64,000 bases of DNA from Macrostomum hystrix (lineage: Eukaryota > Animalia > Platyhelminthes), in contig CATNEN010000038.1 in assembly GCA_950097015.1 (NCBI GenBank), positions 35,281,954 through 35,345,953 of the forward strand, in the 5' to 3' direction. The notes beneath the pieces are model-generated. The model was given only the letters and a program-made list of their open reading frames with translations, ran no database searches and was not told the origin of the DNA. Position 1 is the stretch's first letter; each line of letters opens with the position of its first letter. A program made the position numbers and the translations under genes. Shown in pieces: positions 47,101 through 59,100 of this stretch.

Positions 47101-50100
47101 AGAATCTCAGTCCAGTAGCTTTGCAGTCCTGAAGAATCTCAGTCCAGTAGCTTTGCAGTCCTGAAGAATCTCAGTCCAGTAGCTTTGCAGTCCTAAAGAA
47201 TCTCAGTCCAGTAGCTTTGCAGTCCTTAAGAATCTCAGTCCAGTAGCTTTGCAGTTCAGAAGAATCTCAGTCCAGTAGCTTTGCAGTCCTGAAGAATCTC
47301 AGTCCAGTAGCTTTGCAGTCCTGAAGAATCTCATTCCAGTAGCTTTGCAGTCCTATAGAATTTTAGTCCGGTAGCTTTGCAGGCCTGAAGAATCCCAGTC
47401 CAGTAGCTTTGCAGTCGTGAAGAATCTCAGTCCAGTAGCTTTGCAGTCCTCAAGAATCATAGTCCGGTAGCTTTGCAGTCCTGAAGAATCTCTGTCCAGT
47501 AGCTTTGCAGTCCTGTAGAATTTCAGTCCAGTAGCTTTGCAGTCCTCAAGAATCATAGTCCGGTAGCTTTGCAGTCCTGAAGAATCTCTGTTCAGTAGCT
47601 TCGCAGTCCTGAAGAATTTCAGTCCAGTAGGTTTGCAGTCCTGAAGAATCTAAGTCCAGTAGGTTTGCAGTCCTGAAGAATCTCAGTCCAGTAGGTTTGC
47701 AGCCTTAAAGAATTTAAGTCCAGTAGCTTTGCAGTCCTGAAGAATCTCACTCCAGTAGCTTTGCAATCCCGAAGAATCTCAGTCCAGTAGCTTTGCAGTT
47801 CTGAAGAATCTCAGTCCAGTAGCTTTGCAGTCCTGAAGAAACTCAGTCCAGTAGCTTTGCAGTCCTGAAGAATCTCAGTCCAGTAGCTTTGCAGTCCTGA
47901 AGAATCTCAGTCCGGTAGCTTTGCAGTCCTGAAGAATGTCAGTCCATTAATTAGCTTTGCAGTTCTGAAGAATCTCAGTCCAGTAGCTTTGCAGTCCTGA
48001 AGAATCTCAGTCCAGTAGCTTTGCAGTCCTAAAGAATGTCAGTCCAGTAGCTTTGCAGCCCTAAAGAATTTCAGTCCGGTAGCTTTGCACCTCTAAAGAA
48101 TCTCAGTCCAGTAGCTTTGCAGTCCTCAAGAATCTCATTCCAGTAGCTTTGCAGTCCTTAAGAATCTCAGTCCAGTAGCTTTGCAGTCCTGAAGAATCTC
48201 ATTCCAGTAGCTTTGCAGTCCTTAAGAATCTCATTCCAGTAGCTTTGCAGTCCTGAAGAATCTCATTCCAGTAGCTTTGCAGTCCTGAAGAATCCCAGTC
48301 CAGTAGATTTGCAGTCCTGTAGAATCTCAGTCCAGTAGGTTTGCAGTCCTGAAGAATCCCAGTCCAGTAGCTTTGCAGTCCTGTAGAATCTCAGTCCAGT
48401 AGCTTTGCAGTCCTGAAAAATCCCAGTCCAGTAGCTTTGCAGTCCTAAAGAATCTCAGTCCAGTAGCTTTGCAATCCCGAAGAATCTCATTCCAGTAGCT
48501 TTGCAGTCCTGAAGAATCTCAGTCCAGTAGCTTTGCAGTCCTGTAGAATCTCATTCCGGTAGCTTTGCAGTCCTGAAGAATCTCAGTCTGGTAGCTTTGC
48601 AGTCCTGAAGAATGTCAGTCCATTAATTGGCTTTGCAGTCCTTAAGAATCTCAGTCCAGTAGCTTTGCAGTCCTGAAGAATCTCAATCCAGTAGCTTTGC
48701 AGTCCTGAAGAATCTCATTCCAGTAGCTTTGCAGTACTTAAGAATCTCGGTCCAGTAACTTTGCAGTCCTGAAGAATCTCATTCCAGTAGCTTTGCAGTC
48801 CTGAAGAATCCCAGTCCAGTAGCTTTGCAGTCCTGTAGAATCTCAGTCCAGTAGCTTTGCAGTCCTGAAGAATCTCAGTCCAGTAGCTTTGCAGTTCAGA
48901 AGAATCTCAGTCCAGTAGCTTTGCAGTCCTGAAGAATCTCAGTCCAGTAGCTTTGCAGCTCTAAAGAATCTCAGTCCAGTAGCTTTGCAGTCCTCAAGAA
49001 TCTCATTCCAGTAGCTTTGCAGTCCTTAAGAATCTCAGTCCAGTAGCTTTGCAGTCCTGAAGAATCTCATTCCAGTAGCTTTGCAGTCCTTAAGAATCTC
49101 ATTCCAGTAGCTTTGCAGTCCTGAAGAATCTCATTCCAGTAGCTTTGCAGTCCTGAAGAATCCCAGTCCAGTAGATTTGCAGTCCTGTAGAATCTCAGTC
49201 CAGTAGGTTTGCAGTCCTGAAGAATCCCAGTCCAGTAGCTTTGCAGTCCTGTAGAATCTCAGTCCAGTAGCTTTGCAGTCCTGAAAAATCCCAGTCCAGT
49301 AGCTTTGCAGTCCTAAAGAATCTCAGTCCAGTAGCTTTGCAATCCCGAAGAATCTCATTCCAGTAGCTTTGCAGTCCTGAAGAATCTCAGTCCAGTAGCT
49401 TTGCAGTCCTGTAGAATCTCATTCCGGTAGCTTTGCAGTCCTGAAGAATCTCAGTCTGGTAGCTTTGCAGTCCTGAAGAATGTCAGTCCATTAATTGGCT
49501 TTGCAGTCCTTAAGAATCTCAGTCCAGTAGCTTTGCAGTCCTGAAGAATCTCAATCCAGTAGCTTTGCAGTCCTGAAGAATTTAGTCCAGTAGCTTTGCA
49601 GTTCTGAAGAATCTCAGTCCAGTAGCTTTGCAGTCCTGAAGAATCTCAGTCCTGTAGCTTTGCAGTCCTGAAGAATTTAGTCCAGTAGCTTTGCAGTTCT
49701 GAAGAATCTCAGTCCAGTAGCTTTGCAGTCCTGAAGAATCTCAGTCCAGTAGCTTTCCAGTCCTGAAGAATCTCAGTCCAGTAGCTTTGCAGTCCTGAAG
49801 AATCTCAGTCCAGTAGCTTTGCAGTCCTGAAGAATCTCGGTCCAGTAACTTTGCAGTCCTGAAGAATCTCAGTCCAGTAGCTTTGCAGTCCTGAAGAATC
49901 CCAATCCAGTAGCTTTGCAGTCCTGTAGAATCTCAGTCCAGTAGCTTTGCAGTCCTGAAGAATCTCAGTCCAGTAGCTTTGCAGTCCTGAAGAATCTCAG
50001 TCCTGTAGCTTTGCAGTCCTGAAGAATCTCAGTCCTGTAGCTTTGCAGTTCTGAAGAATCTCAGTCCAGTAGCTTTGCAGTCCTGAAGAATCTCAGTCCA

Positions 50101-53100
50101 GTAGCTTTGCAGTCCTGAAGAATCTCAGTCCAGTAGCTTTGCAGTCCTAAAGAATCTCAGTCCAGTAGCTTTGCAGTCCTCAAGAATCTCAGTCCAGTAG
50201 CTTTGCAGTCCTGAAGAATCTCAGTCCAGTAGCTTTGCAGTCCTGAAGAATCTCAGTCCAGTAGCTTTGCAGTCCTGAAGAATCTCAGTCCAGTAGCTTT
50301 GCAGTCCTGAAGAATCTCGGTCCAGTAACTTTGCAGTCCTGAAGAATCTCAGTCCAGTAGCTTTGCAGTCCTGAAGAATCCCAATCCAGTAGCTTTGCAG
50401 TCCTGTAGAATCTCAGTCCAGTAGCTTTGCAGTCCTGAAGAATCTCAGTCCAGTAGCTTTGCAGTCCTGAAGAATCTCAGTCCTGTAGCTTTGCAGTCCT
50501 GAAGAATTTAGTCCAGTAGCTTTGCAGTTCTGAAGAATCTCAGTCCAGTAGCTTTGCAGTCCTGAAGAATCTCAGTCCAGTAGCTTTGCAGTCCTGAAGA
50601 ATCTCAGTCCAGTAGCTTTGCAGTCCTAAAGAATCTCAGTCCAGTAGCTTTGCAGTCCTCAAGAATCTCAGTCCAGTAGCTTTGCAGTCCTGAAGAATCT
50701 CAGTCCAGTAGTTTTGCAGTCCTGAAGAATCTCAGTCCAGTAGCTTTGCAGTCCTGAAGAATCTCAGTCCAGTAGCTTTGCAGTCCTCAAGAATTTCAGT
50801 CCAGTAGCTTTGCAGTCCTTAAGAATCCCAGTCCAGTAGCTTTGCAGTCCTCAAGAATCTCAGTCCAGTAGCTTTGCAGTCCTGAAGAATCTCTGTCCAG
50901 TAGCTTTGCAGTCCTGTAGAATTTCAGTCCAGTAGCTTTGCAGTCCTCAAGAATCATAGTCCGGTAGCTTTGCAGTCCTGAAGAATCTCAGTCCAGTAGC
51001 TTTGCAGTCCTGAAGAATTTCAGTCCAGTAGGTTTGCAGTCCTGAAGAATCTCAGTCCAGTAGGTTTGCAGTCCTGAAGAATCTCAGTCCAGTAGGTTTG
51101 CAGCCTTAAAGAATTTAAGTCCAGTAGCTTTGCAGTCCTGAAGAATCTCACTCCAGTAGCTTTGCAATCCCGAAAAATCTCAGTCCAGTAGCTTTGCAGT
51201 TCTGAAGAATCTCAGTCCAGTAGCTTTGCAGTCTAGAAGAATCTCAGTCTAGTAGCTTTGCAGTTCTGAAGAATCTCAGTCCAGTAGCTTTGCAGTCTAG
51301 AAGAATCTCAGTCTAGTAGCTTTGCAGTCCTGAAGAAACTCAGTCCAGTAGCTTTGCAGTCCTGAAGAATCTCAGTCCAGTAGCTTTGCAGTCCTGAAGA
51401 ATCTCAGTCCGGTAGCTTTGCAGTCCTGAAGAATGTCAGTCCATTAATTAGCTTTGCAGTTCTGAAGAATCTCAGTCCAGTAGCTTTGCAGTCCTGAAGA
51501 ATCTCAGTCCAGTAGCTTTGCAGTCCTAAAGAATGTCAGTCCAGTAGCTTTGCAGCCCTAAAGAATTTCAGTCCGGTAGCTTTGCAGCTCTAAAGAATCT
51601 CAGTCCAGTAGCTTTGCAGTCCTCAAGAATCTCAGTCCAGTAGCTTTGCAGTCCTGAAGAATCTCAGTCCAGTAGCTTTCCAGTCCTGAAGAATCTCGGT
51701 CCAGTAACTTTGCAGTCCTGAAGAATCTCAGTCCAGTAGCTTTGCAGTCCTGAAGAATCCCAATCCAGTAGCTTTGCAGTCCTGTAGAATCTCAGTCCAG
51801 TAGCTTTGCAGTCCTAAAGAATCTCAGTCCAGTAGCTTTGCAGTCCTGAAGAATCTCAGTCCTGTAGCTTTGCAGTCCTGAAGAATTTAGTCCAGTAGCT
51901 TTGCAGTTCTGAAGAATCTCAGTCCAGTAGCTTTGCAGTCCTGAAGAATCTCAGTCCAGTAGCTTTGCAGTCCTGAAGAATCTCAGTCCAGTAGCTTAGC
52001 AGTCCTAAAGAATCTCAGTCCAGTAGCTTTGCAGTCCTCAAGAATCTCAGTCCAGTAGCTTTGCAGTCCTGAAGAATCTCAGTCCAGTAGCTTTGCAGTC
52101 CTGAAGAATCTCAGTCCAGTAGCTTTGCAGTCCTGAAGAATCTCAGTCCAGTAGCTTTGCAGTCCTCAAGAATTTCAGTCCAGTAGCTTTGCAGTCCTGA
52201 AGAATCCCAGTCCAGTAGCTTTGCAGTCGTGAAGAATCTCAGTCCAGTAGCTTTGCAGTCCTGAAGAATCTCTGTCCATTAGCTTTGCAGTCCTGCAGAA
52301 TTTCAGTCCAGTAGCTTTGCAGTCCTCAAGAATCATAGTCCGGTAGCTTTGCAGTCCTGAAGAATCTCTGTCCTGTAGCTTTGCAGTCCTGAAGAATTTC
52401 AGTCCAGTAGGTTTGCAGTCCTGAAGAATCTCAGTCCAGTAGGTTTGCAGTCCTGAAGAATCTCAGTCCAGTAGGTTTGCAGCCTTAAAGAATTTAAGTC
52501 CAGTAGCTTTGCAGTCCTGAAGAATCTCACTCCAGTAGCTTTGCAATCCCGAAGAATCTCAGTCCAGTAGCTTTGCAGTTCTAAAGAATCTCAGTCCAGT
52601 AGCTTTGCAGTCTAGAAGAATCTCAGTCTAGTAGCTTTGCAGTTCTGAAGAATCTCAGTCCAGTAGCTTTGCTGTCTAGAAGAATCTCAGTCTAGTAGCT
52701 TTGCAGTCCTGAAGAAACTCAGTCCAGTAGCTTTGCAGTCCTGAAGAATCTCAGTCCAGTAGCTTTGCAGTCCTGAAGAATCTCAGTCCGGTAGCTTTGC
52801 AGTCCTGAAGAATGTCAGTCCATTAATTAGCTTTGCAGTTCTGAAGAATCTCAGTCCAGTAGCTTTCCAGTCCTGAAGAATCTCAGTCCAGTAGCTTTGC
52901 AGTCCTAAAGAATGTCAGTCCAGTAGCTTTGCAGCCCTAAAGAATTTCAGTCCGGTAGCTTTGCAGCTCTAAAGAATCTCAGTCCAGTAGCTTTGCAGTC
53001 CTCAAGAATCTCATTCCAGTAGCTTTGCAGTCCTTAAGAATCTCAGTCCAGTAGCTTTGCAGTCCTGAAGAATCTCAGTCCAGTAGCTTTGCAGTCCTGA

Positions 53101-56100
53101 AGAATCTCAGTCCAGTAGGTTTGCAGCCTTAAAGAATTTAAGTCCAGTAGCTTTGCAGTCCTGAAGAATCTCACTCCAGTAGCTTTGCAATCCCGAAGAA
53201 TCTCAGTCCAGTAGCTTTGCAGTTCTGAAGAATCTCAGTCCAGTAGCTTTGCAGTCCTGAAGAAACTCAGTCCAGTAGCTTTGCAGTCCTGAAGAATCTC
53301 AGTCCAGTAGCTTTGCAGTCCTGAAGAATCTCAGTCCGGTAGCTTTGCAGTCCTGAAGAATGTCAGTCCATTAATTAGCTTTGCAGTTCTGAAGAATCTC
53401 AGTCCAGTAGCTTTGCAGTCCTGAAGAATCTCAGTCCAGTAGCTTTGCAGTCCTAAAGAATGTCAGTCCAGTAGCTTTGCAGCCCTAAAGAATTTCAGTC
53501 CGGTAGCTTTGCAGCTCTAAAGAATCTCAGTCCAGTAGCTTTGCAGTCCTCAAGAATCTCATTCCAGTAGCTTTGCAGTCCTTAAGAATCTCAGTCCAGT
53601 AGCTTTGCAGTCCTGAAGAATCTCATTCCAGTAGCTTTGCAGTCCTTAAGAATCTCATTCCAGTAGCTTTGCAGTCCTGAAGAATCTCATTCCAGTAGCT
53701 TTGCAGTCCTGAAGAATCCCAGTCCAGTAGATTTGCAGTCCTGTAGAATCTCAGTCCAGTAGGTTTGCAGTCCTGAAGAATCCCAGTCCAGTAGCTTTGC
53801 AGTCCTGTAGAATCTCAGTCCAGTAGCTTTGCAGTCCTGAAAAATCCCAGTCCAGTAGCTTTCCAGTCCTGAAGAATCTCAGTCCAGTAGCTTTGCAGTC
53901 CTGAAGAATCTCAGTCCAGTAGCTTTCCAGTCCTGAAGAATCTCGGTCCAGTAACTTTGCAGTCCTAAAGAATCTCAGTCCAGTAGCTTTGCAGTCCTGA
54001 AGAATCCCAATCCAGTAGCTTTGCAGTCCTGAAGAATCTCAGTCCAGTAGCTTTGCAGTCCTGAAGAATCCCAGTCCAGTAGCTTTGCAGTCCTGAAGAA
54101 TCTCAGTCCTGTAGCTTTGCAGTCCTGAAGAATTTAGTCCAGTAGCTTTGCAGTTCTGAAGAATCTCAGTCCAGTAGCTTTGCAGTCCTGAAGAATCTCA
54201 TTCCAGTAGCTTTGCAGTCCTGAAGAATCCCAGTCCAGTAGATTTGCAGTCCTGTAGAATCTCAGTCCAGTAGGTTTGCAGTCCTGAAGAATCCCAGTCC
54301 AGTAGCTTTGCAGTCCTGTAGAATCTCAGTCCAGTAGCTTTGCAGTCCTGAAAAATCCCAGTCCAGTAGCTTTGCAGTCCTAAAGAATCTCAGTCCAGTA
54401 GCTTTGCAATCCCGAAGAATCTCATTCCAGTAGCTTGGCAGTCCTGAAGAATCTCAGTCCAGTAGCTTTGCAGTCCTGTAGAATCTCATTCCGGTAGCTT
54501 TGCAGTCCTGAAGAATCTCAGTCTGGTAGCTTTGCAGTCCTAAAGAATGTCAGTCCATTAATTGGCTTTGCAGTCCTTAAGAATCTCAGTCCAGTAGCTT
54601 TGTAGTTCTGAAGAATCTCAGTCCAGTAGCTTTGCAGTCCTGAAGAATCTCAGTCCAGTAGCTTTGCAGTCCTAAAGAATGTCAGTCCAGTAGCTTTGCA
54701 GCCCTAAAGAATTTCAGTCCGGTAGCTTTGCAGCTCTAAAGAATCTCAGTCCAGTAGCTTTGCAGTCCTCAAGAATCTCATTCCAGTAGCTTTGCAGTCC
54801 TTAAGAATCTCAGTCCAGTAGCTTTGCAGTCCTGAAGAATCTCATTCCAGTAGCTTTGCAGTCCTTAAGAATCTCATTCCAGTAGCTTTGCAGTCCTGAA
54901 GAATCTCATTCCAGTAGCTTTGCAGTCCTGAAGAATCCCAGTCCAGTAGATTTGCAGTCCTGTAGAATCTCAGTCCAGTAGGTTTGCAGTCCTGAAGAAT
55001 CCCAGTCCAGTAGCTTTGCAGTCCTGTAGAATCTCAGTCCAGTAGCTTTGCAGTCCTGAAAAATCCCAGTCCAGTAGCTTTCCAGTCCTGAAGATTCTCA
55101 GTCCAGTAGCTTTGCAGTCCTGAAGAATCTCAGTCCAGTAGCTTTCCAGTCCTGAAGAATCTCGGTCCAGTAACTTTGCAGTCCTAAAGAATCTCAGTCC
55201 AGTAGCTTTGCAGTCCTGAAGAATCCCAATCCAGTAGCTTTGCAGTCCTGTAGAATCTCAGTCCAGTAGCTTTGCAGTCCTGAAGAATCCCAGTCCAGTA
55301 GCTTTGCAGTCCTGAAGAATCTCAGTCCTGTAGCTTTGCAGTCCTGAAGAATTTAGTCCAGTAGCTTTGCAGTTCTGAAGAATCTCAGTCCAGTAGCTTT
55401 GCAGTCCTGAAGAATCTCATTCCAGTAGCTTTGCAGTCCTGAAGAATCCCAGTCCAGTAGATTTGCAGTCCTGAAGAATCTCAGTCCAGTAGGTTTGCAG
55501 TCCTGAAGAATCCCAGTCCAGTAGCTTTGCAGTCCTGTAGAATCTCAGTCCAGTAGCTTTGCAGTCCTGAAAAATCCCAGTCCAGTAGCTTTCCAGTCCT
55601 GAAGAATCTCAGTCCAGTAGCTTTGCAGTCCTGAAGAATCTCAGTCCAGTAGCTTTCCAGTCCTGAAGAATCTCGGTCCAGTAACTTTGCAGTCCTAAAG
55701 AATCTCAGTCCAGTAGCTTTGCAGTCCTGAAGAATCCCAATCCAGTAGCTTTGCAGTCCTGTAGAATCTCAGTCCAGTAGCTTTGCAGTCCTGAAGAATC
55801 CCAGTCCAGTAGCTTTGCAGTCCTGAAGAATCTCAGTCCTGTAGCTTTGCAGTCCTGAAGAATTTAGTCCAGTAGCTTTGCAGTTCTGAAGAATCTCAGT
55901 CCAGTAGCTTTGCAGTCCTGAAGAATCTCATTCCAGTAGCTTTGCAGTCCTGAAGAATCCCAGTCCAGTAGATTTGCAGTCCTGTAGAATCTCAGTGCAG
56001 TAGGTTTGCAGTCCTGAAGAATCCCAGTCCAGTAGCTTTGCAGTCCTGTAGAATCTCAGTCCAGTAGCTTTGCAGTCCTGAAAAATCCCAGTCCAGTAGC

Positions 56101-59100
56101 TTTGCAGTCCTAAAGAATCTCAGTCCAGTAGCTTTGCAATCCCGAAGAATCTCATTCCAGTAGCTTGGCAGTCCTGAAGAATCTCAGTCCAGTAGCTTTG
56201 CAGTCCTGTAGAATCTCATTCCGGTAGCTTTGCAGTCCTGAAGAATCTTAGTCTGGTAGCTTTGCAGTCCTGAAGAATGTCAGTCCATTAATTGGCTTTG
56301 CAGTCCTTAAGAATCTCAGTCCAGTAGCTTTGCAGTTCTGAAGAATCTCAGTCCAGTAGCTTTGCAGTCCTGAAGAATCTCAGTCCAGTAGCTTTGCAGT
56401 CCTAAAGAATGTCAGTCCAGTAGCTTTGTAGCCCTAAAGAATTTCAGTCCGGTAGCTTTGCAGCTCTAAAGAATCTCAGTCCAGTAGCTTTGCAGTCCTC
56501 AAGAATCTCATTCCAGTAGCTTTGCAGTCCTTAAGAATCTCAGTCCAGTAGCTTTGCAGTCCTGAAGAATCTCATTCCAGTAGCTTTGCAGTCCTTAAGA
56601 ATCTCATTCCAGTAGCTTTGCAGTCCTGAAGAATCTCATTCCAGTAGCTTTGCAGTCCTGAAGAATCCCAGTCCAGTAGATTTGCAGTCCTGTAGAATCT
56701 CAGTCCAGTAGGTTTGCAGTCCTGAAGAATCCCAGTCCAGTAGCTTTGCAGTCCTGTAGAATCTCAGTCCAGTAGCTTTGCAGTCCTGAAAAATCCCAGT
56801 CCAGTAGCTTTCCAGTCCTGAAGAATCTCAGTCCAGTAGCTTTGCAGTCCTGAAGAATCTCAGTCCAGTAGCTTTCCAGTCCTGAAGAATCTCGGTCCAG
56901 TAACTTTGCAGTCCTAAAGAATCTCAGTCCAGTAGCTTTGCAGTCCTGAAGAATCCCAATCCAGTAGCTTTGCAGTCCTGTAGAATCTCAGTCCAGTAGC
57001 TTTGCAGTCCTGAAGAATCCCAGTCCAGTAGCTTTGCAGTCCTGAAGAATCTCAGTCCTGTAGCTTTGCAGTCCTGAAGAATTTAGTCCAGTAGCTTTGC
57101 AGTTCTGAAGAATCTCAGTCCAGTAGCTTTGCAGTCCTGAAGAATCTCATTCCAGTAGCTTTGCAGTCCTGAAGAATCCCAGTCCAGTAGATTTGCAGTC
57201 CTGTAGAATCTCAGTCCAGTAGGTTTGCAGTCCTGAAGAATCCCAGTCCAGTAGCTTTGCAGTCCTGTAGAATCTCAGTCCAGTAGCTTTGCAGTCCTGA
57301 AAAATCCCAGTCCAGTAGCTTTGCAGTCCTAAAGAATCTCAGTCCAGTAGCTTTGCAATCCCGAAGAATCTCATTCCAGTAGCTTGGCAGTCCTGAAGAA
57401 TCTCAGTCCAGTAGCTTTGCAGTCCTGTAGAATCTCATTCCGGTAGCTTTGCAGTCCTGAAGAATCTCAGTCTGGTAGCTTTGCAGTCCTGAAGAATGTC
57501 AGTCCATTAATTGGCTTTGCAGTCCTTAAGAATCTCAGTCCAGTAGCTTTGCAGTCCTGAAGAATCTCAATCCAGTAGCTTTGCAGTCCTGAAGAATCTC
57601 ATTCCAGTAGCTTTGCAGTACTTAAGAATCTCGGTCCAGTAACTTTGCAGTCCTGAAGAATCTCATTCCAGTAGCTTTGCAGTCCTGAAGAATCCCAGTC
57701 CAGTAGCTTTGCAGTCCTGTAGAATCTCAGTCCAGTAGCTTTGCAGTCCTGAAGAATCTCAGTCCAGTAGCTTTGCAGTCCTGAAGAATCTCAGTCCAGT
57801 AGCTTTGCAGTCCTGAAGAATCCCAATCCAGTAGCTTTGCAGTCCTGAAGAATCTCAGTCCAGTAGCTTTGCAGTCCTGAAGAATCCCAGTCCAGTAGCT
57901 TTGCAGTCCTGAAGAATCTCAGTCCTGTAGCTTTGCAGTCCTGAAGAATTTAGTCCAGTAGCTTTGCAGTTCTGAAGAATCTCAGTCCAGTAGCTTTGCA
58001 GTCCTGAAGAATCTCATTCCAGTAGCTTTGCAGTCCTGAAGAATCTCAGTCCAGTAGCTTTGCAGTCCTGAAGAATCTCAGTCCTGTAGCTTTGCAGTCC
58101 TGAAGAATTTAGTCCAGTAGCTTTGCAGTTCTGAAGAATCTCAGTCCAGTAGCTTTGCAGTCCTGAAGAATCTCAGTCCAGTAGCTTTGCAGTCCTGAAG
58201 AATATCAGTCCAGTAGCTTTGCAGTCCTAAAGAATCTCAGTCCAGTAGCTTTGCAGTCCTCAAGAATCTCAGTCCAGTAGCTTTGCAGTCCTGAAGAATC
58301 TCAGTCCAGTAGCTTTGCAGTCCTGAAGAATCTCAGTCCAGTAGCTTTGCAGTCCTTAAGAATCTCAGTCCAGTAGCTTTGCAGTCCTCAAGAATTTCAG
58401 TCCAGTAGCTTTGCAGTCCTGAAGAATCCCAGTCCAGTAGCTTTGCAGTCGTGAAGAATCTCAGTCCAGTAGCTTTGCAGTCCTGAAGAATCTCTGTCCA
58501 GTACCTTTGCAGTCCTGTAGAATTTCAGTCAAGTAGCTTTGCAGTCCTCAAGAATCATAGTCCGGTAGCTTTGCAGTCCTGAAGAATCTCTGTCCAGTAG
58601 CTTTGCAGTCCTGAAGAATTTCAGTCCAGTAGGTTTGCAGTCCTGAAGAATCCCAGTCCAGTAGCTTTGCAGTCCTGAAGAATCTCAGTCCAGTAGGTTT
58701 GCAGTCCTGAAGAGTCTCAGTCCAGTAGGTTTGCAGCCTTAAAGAGTTTAAGTCCAGTAGCTTTGCAGTCCTGAAGAATCTCACTCCAGTAGCTTTGCAA
58801 TCCCGAAGAATCTCAGTCCAGTAGCTTTGCAGTTCTGAAGAATCTCAGTCCAGTAGCTTTGCAGTCTAGAAGAATCTCAGTCTAGTAGCTTTGCAGTCCT
58901 GAAGAATCTCAGTCCAGTAGCTTTGCAGTCCTGAAGAATCTCATTCCAGTAGCTTTGCAGTCCTTAAGAATCTCATTCCAGTAGCTTTGCAGTCCTGAAG
59001 AATCTCATTCCAGTAGCTTTGCAGTCCTGAAGAATCCCAGTCCAGTAGCTTTGCAGTCCTGAAGAATCCCAATCCAGTAGCTTTGCAGTCCTGTAGAATC